Source: an uncultured Verrucomicrobiota bacterium (lineage in GTDB: Bacteria > Verrucomicrobiota > Kiritimatiellia > CAIKKV01 > CAITUY01). From it: DNA of 64,000 nt. The stretch covers positions 1,847 to 65,846 of the forward strand of contig CAZTAJ010000007.1 of assembly GCA_964611575.1 (NCBI GenBank), in the 5' to 3' direction. The notes under the pieces were generated by a model that did not search any database, was not told the origin of the DNA, and saw nothing but the letters and a program-made list of their open reading frames with translations. Position numbers and translations under genes: made by a program. Below are positions 9,801-19,165 of the stretch, piece by piece. How positions within the stretch are numbered: the stretch's first letter is position 1; the number at the start of each line of letters is the position of its first letter.

Positions 9801-12173
9801 TCACAAGGCCAACTCCGGTTGATCACTCTGCGATTCGTTGACTTCGCCTCGGTGCTTTCCAAGTCTCCGCAAGAATTCTGCCTCAGTGAGAATCGGCACT
9901 CCAAGTTCCCGAGCTTTGGCCAGCTTTAAACCGGCTTCCTTCCCTGCCACGACGTAATCGGTGTTCCTGCTCACAGTGGCCGTGACACTGCCGCCACGGG
10001 TTCGAATCGCCTCGGCTGCCTGGTCGCGCGTCATGGATTCCAGGGTCCCCGTCAGGACGACCGTTTTGCCGGCGAACACCTGAGCCACCCCGGCGGCGCC
10101 CGCGTCAGGGCCACCCCGGGGGGCGATCCCAAGGAGCTTGAGGCGGCGCACGACACCCCCCCCTGCCGTCGAAGCGAAGAAATCCACCACACTACGGGCC
10201 ACTTCAGGCTCGATCTCCGTCGTGACATCAAACAAGGGCGGGGAGTTCGACTTGCGCTTCTCCCGTCTCTTGAGTGAGACGTTGACCCCGGCCTCGTGCA
10301 GCCGGGCGACCGCCTCTTCAATCTGCCGGTTGAGGGCCTGATGTCGCTCCGCCAGGCTCTTCCGCTCCGCCTCGCTCTTCTTTCGGTTGTCCTTGGAGTC
10401 GGGATTGACCTGCCGTGTCTCATCAACCCATCTTCTGAGTTCCAGGAGACGACCCAGCACCGGCGAATCGGCGACATCCTCCATATCACGATGCACACGA
10501 CCGACCTGCAGGGCGGCGATCTCCCCCACATTCTGGATCCCAAGCGCATGCAACCATCTAGCCAACGACATGGACCGGGCCCGTTCGAGGCCATCGATGA
10601 CCTTGGCGGCGTTCTTCACGCCGAACACGCGGGGCGCCTGTTGGGTGCCGAGATTCAGAGCGCCCAGTTGGTCAAGGCCGAGTCCGAACAGATCCAGTGG
10701 CTCCTTGGCCAGCCCGCTTTCGACGAGTTTCTCCGCCACAACACCCCCGAGCCCCTCGATATCGAGCGCGCTGCGTTGAGCGAAGAACTCGATCCGGCGC
10801 ACCCGCTGCGCCGGGCACGCGGCAATGTTGTCGCAGCGCCAGGCAACTTCATCCTTCCCGCCTGCCGCCGACACGCGCTGCCTGGAGATGGTGCCGCCGC
10901 AGGCGGGACAACGGTTGTGTACGTGTTTGGCCAAGTCGAATGGTGCGGCACCGCGAGCGTGTTTTGACTCCACAACTTCGACTACTTCGGGGATCACCAT
11001 GCCCGCTTTGCGAACAATGACCGTGTCGCCAATGTGGATGTGCTTGCGCCTGATCTCGTCCTCATTGTGCAGGGTCGCCCGGGAAATCGTCGAACCCTGC
11101 ACGAAGACCGGCGTCAACTCGGCCACCGGAGTGAGGACGCCGGTGCGGCCGACCTGTACGGTGATGCCCTGCAGCGTGGTGGTGGCCACCTTGATCCAGT
11201 GTTCGGGCTTGTAGACCATGGCGTAGCCGGGCGTTTTCGTTTTCGCTGGAACGCGGCGCCCTTGGTCCAGGTTGTTGAGCTTTACCACAATGCCGTCGAG
11301 TTCGTAAGCGACGCGGGTGCGCAAGTCCGTGGCTTCGTCATGATGCGAGACAATCTCGTCCTCGTAGCGGCGGAGAACTTCCTCCATCGACTCGCACAAC
11401 CACCAGGGCTGGACGGTCGGAAGGCCCAGCGCCTGCAATGCGCTCAACGCCTCGGCATGAGTGGTGAACGTGACACCACGGGTCTCGCCGACCGCGTAGA
11501 ACACAGCGCTGAGGGGGCGGCTGGCGACCATGCGCGGATCGAGCTGCTTCAGGGTGCCGGCCGTGGCATTGCGGGAGTTCGGGAAGGGCTCCTCGCCGGC
11601 TTCGCGCAACCGGTCGTTCAGCGTTCCGAAATCCTGAATCGCGATATAGGCCTCACCCCGCACCTCCAGCAACTCCGGAGGACGATCGGTATGCAACCGC
11701 ATGGGGAGGGAGCGGAGGGTCCGCACGTTGGCGGTAATGTCATCACCCTCAATGCCGTTTCCACGGGTTGCCCCCAAGTCGAGCAGGCCATTCACATACC
11801 GCACACTGATGGACACGCCGTCAATCTTGGGTTCGAGGACGTATTCCACCCTCTCGCCAGGCAGTTGCCGCCGGATCTCTGCATCGAACTTCCGGAGCCC
11901 TTCGAGCGTGTCGGACTTCCCCAGCGAAAGCATGGGGATCGCATGACGAACGCTCCTGAATTCCTTGAGGGGCTGACCGCCCACCCGCTGCGAGGGCGAA
12001 TCGGGCGTGACCAATCCGGGGAACTGCGCCTCCAGACCCTCCAGTTCCCGATACAGTGCATCATAGTCCCAATCGGAAATCTCCGGCCGGGCCTCAACGT
12101 AGTAGAGACGGTCATGGCGGGCGATCTCGGCACGCAGTTCCGCAAGACGCTGCCGGGCTTGGGTCTCATTCAT
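9801..12173 (-). CDS. ligA: NAD-dependent DNA ligase (divergent, with insertions)
   Basis: YY..ISD..YD, EPKIDG, TRGNGIEGDDIT, EVRGE, VGRTG, ATLHN, zinc finger CPAC..C..C, and a C-terminal BRCT domain (VVLTGTL, KAREL). Confidence 0.93.
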   Translation of the reverse strand: MNETQARQRLAELRAEIARHDRLYYVEARPEISDWDYDALYRELEGLEAQFPGLVTPDSPSQRVGGQPLKEFRSVRHAIPMLSLGKSDTLEGLRKFDAEIRRQLPGERVEYVLEPKIDGVSISVRYVNGLLDLGATRGNGIEGDDITANVRTLRSLPMRLHTDRPPELLEVRGEAYIAIQDFGTLNDRLREAGEEPFPNSRNATAGTLKQLDPRMVASRPLSAVFYAVGETRGVTFTTHAEALSALQALGLPTVQPWWLCESMEEVLRRYEDEIVSHHDEATDLRTRVAYELDGIVVKLNNLDQGRRVPAKTKTPGYAMVYKPEHWIKVATTTLQGITVQVGRTGVLTPVAELTPVFVQGSTISRATLHNEDEIRRKHIHIGDTVIVRKAGMVIPEVVEVVESKHARGAAPFDLAKHVHNRCPACGGTISRQRVSAAGGKDEVAWRCDNIAACPAQRVRRIEFFAQRSALDIEGLGGVVAEKLVESGLAKEPLDLFGLGLDQLGALNLGTQQAPRVFGVKNAAKVIDGLERARSMSLARWLHALGIQNVGEIAALQVGRVHRDMEDVADSPVLGRLLELRRWVDETRQVNPDSKDNRKKSEAERKSLAERHQALNRQIEEAVARLHEAGVNVSLKRREKRKSNSPPLFDVTTEIEPEVARSVVDFFASTAGGGVVRRLKLLGIAPRGGPDAGAAGVAQVFAGKTVVLTGTLESMTRDQAAEAIRTRGGSVTATVSRNTDYVVAGKEAGLKLAKARELGVPILTEAEFLRRLGKHRGEVNESQSDQPELAL

Positions 12174-12212
12174 GGCCGACCCCAGGTGCGGATGAAACAA
12201 CGGGTTCCCGTC

Positions 12213-12401
12213 TCAATCATCGAGCGGCATCGGGTTGCAGAGGTTGCCCTCGTGGTCCGCAACGCGCCCGCAGTTGAAGCACATGAACCGGGGGTTCTTG
12301 ATCATGGCCTTGATCTCTTCAAATTCACCTTTGCCGGCCAGTACGCAAAGATGGCCGGGATGACCGTGCTCGTGCTTGCAGACTTTCTTCTTGTCACTCA
12401 T
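12213..12401 (-). CDS. Small Cys/His-rich hypothetical protein, putative metal-binding
   Basis: 62 aa with HLC, CFNCGR and NLCNP; AAGGAAAGG RBS; co-oriented with its neighbours. Confidence 0.75.
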   Translation of the reverse strand: MSDKKKVCKHEHGHPGHLCVLAGKGEFEEIKAMIKNPRFMCFNCGRVADHEGNLCNPMPLDD

Positions 12402-12449
12402 GGCTGCCCTTTCCTTCGCCCATGGTCCCGATCCGTTCCGGTTCGACCC

Positions 12450-13124
12450 TCACGCGGTCCAGAGTTGTACCGCCGCGGCATCGCGCACCGCACGCCCGGC
12501 CACCAGCGACTCGGGATCCTTCATCAAACGGGACACCACGTCCCGTTTGTCTTGTCCCATGGCCAGAAAGATAAGCACTTCGACCCGTTTCAGCAAGTCG
12601 GGCGTCACCGACACGCGATCGAGCCCTTCCCGACGGGACACCGCGACCGCCAGCGATCCCTCACCTCTTGCCAGGTCGTCGTCCGTGAACAGTGATGCCG
12701 TATGCCCATCCGCCCCCAAGCCCAACAGACCCAGGGTGATACGGCCGCCGCTCCGCACAAAGTGCTGCAGGGCGCAGGCGTAATCGGAGGCCGCCTTCTT
12801 GAGCGGCAATGCCGTCTTCACCTGTATGATGCGGTCGTCCTCCAACTCCAGTGCGTTCAACATCGGCCGGAGGCGCCCCAGATTGCTCTCGGGGGACTCC
12901 TCGGGCACCAGGCGTTCGTCCGCCAACAGCACGTGCAGGTCATCGGCGGCCCAGAAGCCGCGTTGTGCCACCTCCGCATACGCCGACACCGGCGTACGCC
13001 CACCGGAAAGCATTACGGCATGCGGCCGACCGAACGTGTGCTTGAAACGATCCTCGAGCAGGCCGGCGACCGCCGCCGTCATGTCCTCAGGCGATCGAAA
13101 ATCACGCTTACGAATGGACCGCAT
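12450..13124 (-). CDS. pgl: 6-phosphogluconolactonase
   Basis: LSGGRTP, DERLVP...SN and LGLGADGHTASLF; directly downstream of zwf. Confidence 0.9.
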   Translation of the reverse strand: MRSIRKRDFRSPEDMTAAVAGLLEDRFKHTFGRPHAVMLSGGRTPVSAYAEVAQRGFWAADDLHVLLADERLVPEESPESNLGRLRPMLNALELEDDRIIQVKTALPLKKAASDYACALQHFVRSGGRITLGLLGLGADGHTASLFTDDDLARGEGSLAVAVSRREGLDRVSVTPDLLKRVEVLIFLAMGQDKRDVVSRLMKDPESLVAGRAVRDAAAVQLWTA

Positions 13125-13133
13125 GGCTGCTCC

Positions 13134-14597
13134 TCACGAGGGTGCGCCGCCACGGGCCGCCAGGCGGAATGCCGCCTCTGGGCCCCGACTGCCGGCCGCA
13201 TACGCTTCCGGCGCCACGCGCCGGGACTCCAGGGCACGCAGAACCGGCGTGAAAATATCCCACGCGACCGCGAGTTCATCCGCCCGGATGAACAGACTGC
13301 GATCGCCCCGGATCACGTCGAGCAGCAGGCATTCGTACGCATCCGGAATTTCGGTGTTGAAGGCGGCCTGGTAGCGCAAGTTGAGCGGGGTCGACTGCAG
13401 CGTCATCTTGAGGCCCGGGACCTTATTCATGATGCGCATCTCGATGGCCTCGTCAGGCTGCACGCGAATCACCATTTCGTTGGCGCCTGACGGCCCCACG
13501 GCGTCACCGAACAAATCGCCCGGCGCCCGGCGGAACCGGATGCGGACTTCATTGACCCGAACGTCCAGCGCCTTGCCCGCCTCGATGAAGAACGGGATGC
13601 CGCGCCAGCGGTCGTTCCCGATGTGCAGCACCGCCGCGGCATAGGTGGGGGTCATCGAATCCGGCGGCACGGTCGGTTCCTGGGTGTACGCCGGTCTGTT
13701 CGGCGACGCCGTGTACTGGCCCACAACCAGGTCGTCAAGCGTGACCGGCGCCACGGCACGCAACAGGCGCACTTTCTCGTTCCGCACGGCGTCAGCCTCA
13801 AACCGGGCGGGGCGCTCCATGGCCAGAAGCGCGAGGATCTGCAACAGGTGGTTCTGCATCACGTCCCGAATGATGCCGAAGCCGTCGAAGTAACCGCCGC
13901 GCTGTCCGACCCCGACCGGTTCCTTCCACACGATGCGCACACTCTCGACATACTCGCGGTTCCACAACGGCTCGAAGACAATGTTGGCAAAGCGCAGCAC
14001 CATCAGGTTTTGCACGATTTCTTTCCCGAGGTAGTGATCGATGCGGTAGGTGTTTTCCTCGGTGAAGACCTTGTGCATCTCACGCACCAGTGCATCGGAT
14101 GAAGACCGATCAAGACCAAAAGGCTTTTCCACAACCATACGGGTCCATTCGCGGCCGGATCCGCACGCCACCAGTCCGGCATCGCCCAGCGCCCTCGCCA
14201 CGTCGAGGAACACACCGGGCGGAATGGCCATGTAGAAGACGCGATGGCCCAGCTCCGGCCCTTCGACCTCTCGCATGACCTGGTACAGATCCAGGAAGGC
14301 ATCCTTCGAGCCATAGGTGCCGGTGGAGTAGAAGCAACGCGCCAGGAATTCAGCCGTCCGGTCGGCACACGCCACACCGGGGGCGTAACGGCAGGTGAGA
14401 TTCTCGGAAACCCGCTGCCGGAATGCCTCGTTTGTGAACGGCGTGCGTGCCAGGCCGAAAATGTGGAACGGTTCGGGCAGCAAGCCCTGACAGAAGAGGG
14501 CAAACAGCGCGGGAATGATCTTACGCTGCGCCAGGTCGCCCGAAGCGCCCACAACGACGATCCCCAGCGGGCGCCCATCCGACAAGGAGGGTTTCAT
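13134..14597 (-). CDS. zwf: Glucose-6-phosphate 1-dehydrogenase
   Basis: GASGDLA, VEKPFG, RIDHYLGKE and RDVMQNHL. Start set at MKPSLS. Confidence 0.96.
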   Translation of the reverse strand: MKPSLSDGRPLGIVVVGASGDLAQRKIIPALFALFCQGLLPEPFHIFGLARTPFTNEAFRQRVSENLTCRYAPGVACADRTAEFLARCFYSTGTYGSKDAFLDLYQVMREVEGPELGHRVFYMAIPPGVFLDVARALGDAGLVACGSGREWTRMVVEKPFGLDRSSSDALVREMHKVFTEENTYRIDHYLGKEIVQNLMVLRFANIVFEPLWNREYVESVRIVWKEPVGVGQRGGYFDGFGIIRDVMQNHLLQILALLAMERPARFEADAVRNEKVRLLRAVAPVTLDDLVVGQYTASPNRPAYTQEPTVPPDSMTPTYAAAVLHIGNDRWRGIPFFIEAGKALDVRVNEVRIRFRRAPGDLFGDAVGPSGANEMVIRVQPDEAIEMRIMNKVPGLKMTLQSTPLNLRYQAAFNTEIPDAYECLLLDVIRGDRSLFIRADELAVAWDIFTPVLRALESRRVAPEAYAAGSRGPEAAFRLAARGGAPS

Positions 14598-14769
14598 GGC
14601 TTCTTTCCCGCAACCGCGACGGACCGTACGCGCCCCCCGCACGAGCCCTTTGAAGACTCCGCCGCGGGCGACTTCACACACCATCCCTGGCAGGCGACGC
14701 AGCGCGCATCCGAACACCACTGGCACACCCGGCAGTCAGGACAGGCATGTTTCTTTGAGCGGCACGCCT

Positions 14770-16443
14770 TCACGGCACACTGACTCCCGCGCCGCCGGAC
14801 ACGGGTTTGAGCACAACGTAGGTCGGCAGCCCCTTGACGCCAAAATGCTCCAGCGTCGCCCGCGTCGCCGCGTCATTCGGCCGTTCCGCCTGGCACTTTA
14901 CCACAACGAATCCCTGCAGGCTTTCCCGGACTCGCGCCTCTCGGAACGTGGTGGCGTCCATGGCCTCGCAGTTCTTGCACCAGGTGGCCCAGAAATCCAC
15001 GAATACGGGTTTCCCGGCGGCGTGCGCCAGGGCGACCACCCTGGCCCATGCCGCCGGTCCCTGGTCCGCCGACACGTGAACAATCCCGGCATCCGCCGGA
15101 CCCGCCGCACGCGGGCCGCGCCACCCCCGGACCGCCACCGAGGCGTAGTAGATGGCCAGGCCCATGATGAAGACCCCGAAACCTGCCTTGACCCGGGACA
15201 TCCAGACTCCGGGTTTGGGCATGAAGGCCAGCCCGGCCCCGGCCAGAGGCCATGGCAGCGCCATGCCGAGACCCAGTACGAAGGGCAACACCAACCCCAC
15301 GGCAGCCCCTGCCGCATACAGCGTGCCGGAAAGCAGCAGCACGGCGATAACCACTGGCGCCACGCATGCTCCGGCCAGAAGCGCCGCGATGCCCCCCATC
15401 CCCGCCGCCGCCACATAGCTGCCGCGCCGGGCGGGTGAACCGCCCGTCCCGCCCTGGAACCGCGTCAAGTCGATCTGAATCACATCGAACATGGCCAGCC
15501 CGAGAACCGCAAACACCACGGCAATGGCGGCATTGAACCCCGGGCTGGAATTCAACGCCCCGAACTGGGACCCGCTGAGCACCACCACCAGCCCGAGCAT
15601 TCCATAGACCACGGCGATACCCGCCCCGTAGGCCGCCCCAAGGCCGAACCCGCGCGCTCGCGAACTCCCCTGCGCCCCAACACCCAGGATTGCCAGATTG
15701 ACAGGGATCATGGGCAGCACGCAGGGCGTCAGATTCAACAGCAATCCACCCAGGAGAATGAGCACGACCGTCCATGTCGCGCCGAAACGGCGCAGAAACT
15801 CAGCCGGACTGGCGCTGAACAGCGCTGCAGTCTCACGGATCCGGATCCAAACGGATGAACTCCCCTGACTGCCGGCTCCGCGCCCGTGAAGCGCTTCGTC
15901 CAAGAACGCCGTGAACTCGGTTGCCCGGAGGTAGCCCACGGCGCGCTCTTCGATCTTCAGGGCGGCATCGAACGCCGGCCAGTCTCCGATGCCGTTCTCA
16001 ACGGGACGCGCCTCCGGCGGCACGTCGCGCACAACCGGTGCAAGCGGAAACAGGCGGGTCTGGGGAAAGAAACAGGTAGCCTCGTCGCACCCCTGATAAT
16101 CCACCTTCAAGACGAGTCCGGTTAACGTCGAAGCACCCATCCGGTAGCTCAGGACGAAATCGTTGGTGTAGACGTCGCGTTCATCGCCCGTGAAGGAATC
16201 GTGAATGCGCGTGGGTTTAGCCACGGCTGCGGAAACGAGCGCCAGGCCCCCCGTTTCCTGAACCCGGATATCGTCGGCATACAGGTGATGTCGCGCCGGA
16301 ACCGTGAACGTGACCGCCGCCACCCACCCGGTGCCGTCGGCGCTCGCAGACACGCCCACACCGAAGGGGTCCGCAACCCCCGCGCCGCTCCGGCCGGACA
16401 TCAACCCGACCACAGCAACTATCACTGCCCATCGTCGTCGCAT
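14770..16443 (-). CDS. dsbD: Thiol:disulfide interchange protein DsbD-like
   Basis: N-domain QGCDEATCF, membrane motifs NLTPCVLPMIP and GACVAP, thioredoxin WCKNC. Confidence 0.9.
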   Translation of the reverse strand: MRRRWAVIVAVVGLMSGRSGAGVADPFGVGVSASADGTGWVAAVTFTVPARHHLYADDIRVQETGGLALVSAAVAKPTRIHDSFTGDERDVYTNDFVLSYRMGASTLTGLVLKVDYQGCDEATCFFPQTRLFPLAPVVRDVPPEARPVENGIGDWPAFDAALKIEERAVGYLRATEFTAFLDEALHGRGAGSQGSSSVWIRIRETAALFSASPAEFLRRFGATWTVVLILLGGLLLNLTPCVLPMIPVNLAILGVGAQGSSRARGFGLGAAYGAGIAVVYGMLGLVVVLSGSQFGALNSSPGFNAAIAVVFAVLGLAMFDVIQIDLTRFQGGTGGSPARRGSYVAAAGMGGIAALLAGACVAPVVIAVLLLSGTLYAAGAAVGLVLPFVLGLGMALPWPLAGAGLAFMPKPGVWMSRVKAGFGVFIMGLAIYYASVAVRGWRGPRAAGPADAGIVHVSADQGPAAWARVVALAHAAGKPVFVDFWATWCKNCEAMDATTFREARVRESLQGFVVVKCQAERPNDAATRATLEHFGVKGLPTYVVLKPVSGGAGVSVP

Positions 16444-16466
16444 GAACCCTCGCTGCCGGTGAATAC

Positions 16467-16853
16467 TCAAGCCGCCGGCTGTTTCATCCTCGCAAGCACA
16501 ATCTGCAGGACTTCGCGCACAAAGGCGCACTCACATTCCAAGGGGCACGGGCTCAAGTCTTGCGCATGCAGGCAATGCCCGCCGCACTCCTTCTGGCCGA
16601 ACTTGCTGCCCTGGAACACGGGGCCCCTGTAAAGGTCGAAGAACTCACCGGCCCGGACGGACACCGTCGAGCCGCAGCCCTTATGCAAGTGGTTGAATAG
16701 AAAATAGCCGGCCTCCAGATGCTTCATCATGGCCTGGTAGCCCACCAGTGTCACCTCGGCATCGCCCAGAAAACCATCCCGGCTTGCCCACACATGCCCG
16801 CACCCTGAACACTGCTTGAACACCAGCCCCCCCCAATGCGAGACGAGCGGCAT
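16467..16853 (-). CDS. Cys-rich hypothetical protein, putative metal/Fe-S binding (start uncertain)
   Basis: FKQCSGC, FNHLHKGCGST, ECGGHC and CPLECECA; lies between ferritin and dsbD. Confidence 0.75.
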   Translation of the reverse strand: MPLVSHWGGLVFKQCSGCGHVWASRDGFLGDAEVTLVGYQAMMKHLEAGYFLFNHLHKGCGSTVSVRAGEFFDLYRGPVFQGSKFGQKECGGHCLHAQDLSPCPLECECAFVREVLQIVLARMKQPAA

Positions 16854-16913
16854 GGCAGCCGCTCGTCCTGCATGATCCTGTCGCGCCTCTACGGCCGGAG
16901 CCGCCCCGGCCCC

Positions 16914-17411
16914 CTACTCGGCCTTCGCCCGCTTTCCGAGCTGTTTGTCGATCATGAGGAGCGTCCCGGTGGAACTGCCCGCCATCTTCAACATCGTCAG
17001 AATATCGTTGTCGTTGGCTTCCTCTTCAACCTGTTCCTTGATATACCACTGCAAGAGCAGCTGAGTGGCATAGTCCTTCTCGCTTACCGCCAGATCCATC
17101 AACTCGTTGATCGACTGGGTGATGAAGCGCTCATGCTTGAGCGTGGCCTCGAACAGGCTCAGCAACGACTTGAATCCGGCCTTCGGCTTTTCGATCGCTC
17201 CCAATTCGACCGTAGCCCCCTGTTCCAGCAGGTACTTATAGAGTTTCTGGGCATGCGCCGTTTCTTCCTGATACTGCACGTAGAACCAACCACTGGTGCC
17301 CCGCAGGCCCAAGGCACTGGCATCGGCCGACATGGCGAGATATAGATACGCCGAGTACAGCTCTTTGTTGATCTGCCCATTCAAAGCTTTTTCGATTTTC
17401 TTTCCAATCAT
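16914..17411 (-). CDS. ftnA: Non-heme ferritin
   Basis: QINKELYSAYLY, EETAHA, HERFIT and WYIKEQVEEE ferroxidase residues. Confidence 0.94.
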   Translation of the reverse strand: MIGKKIEKALNGQINKELYSAYLYLAMSADASALGLRGTSGWFYVQYQEETAHAQKLYKYLLEQGATVELGAIEKPKAGFKSLLSLFEATLKHERFITQSINELMDLAVSEKDYATQLLLQWYIKEQVEEEANDNDILTMLKMAGSSTGTLLMIDKQLGKRAKAE

Positions 17412-17443
17412 AGTCGTTCCTTTCCGCAAGAGATTAGGACCCC

Positions 17444-17821
17444 TCACGCCTTCCACAAACCATGCACATTACAGAACTCACGCGCGCTCACGGCAGCGGC
17501 CGTCACGCCTTCAAAAACCGCGACGGGCGCCTGGCCCGGCTTCAGAAACCGTCGATGGACCTCATCGCCTGCGATCAATTCGATCCATTCAATGTAGTGC
17601 TTTTCCTCCATGGGATGCGGAACGCTGCCGACAGTGACCCGATAGCCATTGCTCAGCCGCTCGATGACCGGAGTGTGCTTTTCTTTGGAGGCATCGACCG
17701 TGTTCTCTTTGAACAACTTCATGGGTTTGCCGCAGCAAACCAGCTCACCCCCGCCGCCATGCAGAACTTCTGCAATGATACCACACGACTCGCATTTGAA
17801 AACTTCAAGTCGATCTGCCAT
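17444..17821 (-). CDS. dfx: Desulfoferrodoxin (superoxide reductase)
   Basis: KCESCG...LVCCG desulforedoxin domain; EKH, HPM, HYI and CNVHGLW. Confidence 0.95.
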   Translation of the reverse strand: MADRLEVFKCESCGIIAEVLHGGGGELVCCGKPMKLFKENTVDASKEKHTPVIERLSNGYRVTVGSVPHPMEEKHYIEWIELIAGDEVHRRFLKPGQAPVAVFEGVTAAAVSAREFCNVHGLWKA

Positions 17822-17850
17822 GTTCGCCTCCTGTTCTATCTGTCTTCCGA

Positions 17851-18423
17851 TTACCAGTACTCTCCCGCGACCTCGAAAAATGCCCTCGGATGCGCGCACG
17901 CGGGGCAGGCATCGGGCGCGTGGGTCCCTTGATGCGTGTAACCGCAATGACGACAGCGCCATGTGACCGCGCGGTCACGCTGGAATACCCGTCCCGTTTC
18001 GATGTTCGCCGCCAACCCCAGATAGCGCTTCTGGTGCCCCTGCTCGGCCACCGCAATGGACTCGAAAATGGCCGCGATGTCGTCAAGACCTTCCTCACGG
18101 GCGACCCTGGCAAACCCCGGGTACATTTCCGACCATTCGTAATGTTCTCCGGCTGCTCCTGCCTTGAGATTATCTACCGTCGCCCCGACAACGCCTGCCG
18201 GAAATGCGGCTGTGATTTCGACCTCGCCGCCTTCGAGCAATTTGAAGAGCCGATGGGCGTGCTCGCGCTCCTGGTTGGAGGTTTCCTCGAAAATGTCGGC
18301 GATCTGAACAAAGCCGTCCTTCTTCGCCTTGCCGGCAAAAAAACTGTACCGGTTGCGCGCCTGCGACTCACCGGCAAAGGCCGTCAATATGTTGCGCTCG
18401 GTCCTCGTCCCCTTAACTTTCAC
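17851..18423 (-). CDS. rbr: Rubrerythrin
   Basis: [27 protein letters not shown], and C-terminal CRHCGY...CPACAHP. Confidence 0.96.
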   Translation of the reverse strand: MKVKGTRTERNILTAFAGESQARNRYSFFAGKAKKDGFVQIADIFEETSNQEREHAHRLFKLLEGGEVEITAAFPAGVVGATVDNLKAGAAGEHYEWSEMYPGFARVAREEGLDDIAAIFESIAVAEQGHQKRYLGLAANIETGRVFQRDRAVTWRCRHCGYTHQGTHAPDACPACAHPRAFFEVAGEYW

Positions 18424-18495
18424 GCGATGCTCCTTCTCTCAGCCTGATGTTGTCCTGCCCACCGGCCTGCGCAAGTTCCGTCGCAGGCCATCAAC

Positions 18496-18654
18496 CTATG
18501 TTTGGGGCGAGAATTCCCCCTTGCCCACACCACAGTCCGGACAGCACCAGTCGTCCGGAAGATCCTCGAAAGCCGTTCCCGGCACTATGCCGTGCTCGGC
18601 ATCGCCAACCTTGGGATCATAGACGTATCCGCACACGTTACAGACATATTTCAT
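18496..18654 (-). CDS. rub: Rubredoxin
   Basis: [14 protein letters not shown]...[15 protein letters not shown]; 52 aa after a GAGGAG RBS. Confidence 0.96.
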   Translation of the reverse strand: MKYVCNVCGYVYDPKVGDAEHGIVPGTAFEDLPDDWCCPDCGVGKGEFSPQT

Positions 18655-18756
18655 TATGACGAACTCCTCAGGATACCGGCCCACTTCATCGTTCAACCTG
18701 ATTCGTTGAACGTCCCATTTTACACTGCCAGCCGCGGGGCCTAACACAAGCCGGCT

Positions 18757-18984
18757 TCACTCGCGCCACCGTCCGCGGGAACGATGTACAAGTCGCTCAC
18801 GCTCAGCCACCCCCCGTATCTTGTAGGCGCAATCCCGCACAATGCCATACAGGGTCATACAGCCATCATCGCAGCTTGCGCCCTCGCCCTGACTTGCCAG
18901 CATAATCATATCCGCCGCCAAGTCAAGCGACCTCACTATATTGCGATTGTATTCCTCAGGCTTCCGTGCATCACTCTTGCGCAT
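18757..18984 (-). CDS. Small helical hypothetical protein, first gene after the sigma54 promoter
   Basis: Protein-like 75 aa ORF (NIVRSLDLAADM...CDDGCMTLYGIVRDCAYKIR). Start uncertain. Confidence 0.7.
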   Translation of the reverse strand: MRKSDARKPEEYNRNIVRSLDLAADMIMLASQGEGASCDDGCMTLYGIVRDCAYKIRGVAERERLVHRSRGRWRE

Positions 18985-18998
18985 GGTGATTTGAGTAC

Positions 18999-19013
18999 GC
19001 AAGTTACGTGCCG
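18999..19013 (-). promoter_or_regulatory. Sigma54 (-24/-12) promoter
   Basis: Minus strand CGGCACGTAACTTGC against consensus TGGCACG-N4-TTGC, with exact GG-N10-GC spacing, directly downstream of a sigma54 activator gene. Confidence 0.8.
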
Positions 19014-19080
19014 GTCCAGCGGAAACTGCGCCAGTAATACTATAAACAACATCCGGAGAATGGGTTGCGTCAGCGATGTT

Positions 19081-19134
19081 TGTCGCCATATAAGTGAGTC
19101 GGTGTCTCACACGTTGCTGCAAACCGATGTCTCA
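19081..19134. promoter_or_regulatory. Candidate upstream activator sites for the sigma54 activator
   Basis: TGTCTCA at 19103 and 19128, TGTCGCCA at 19081, and palindrome GTGAG-N7-CTCAC at 19094-19110; about 70-120 bp upstream of the -24 element. Confidence 0.45.
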
Positions 19135-19165
19135 TCGTCAAGAAGACCCTGCCCTTTGCGCCAAG

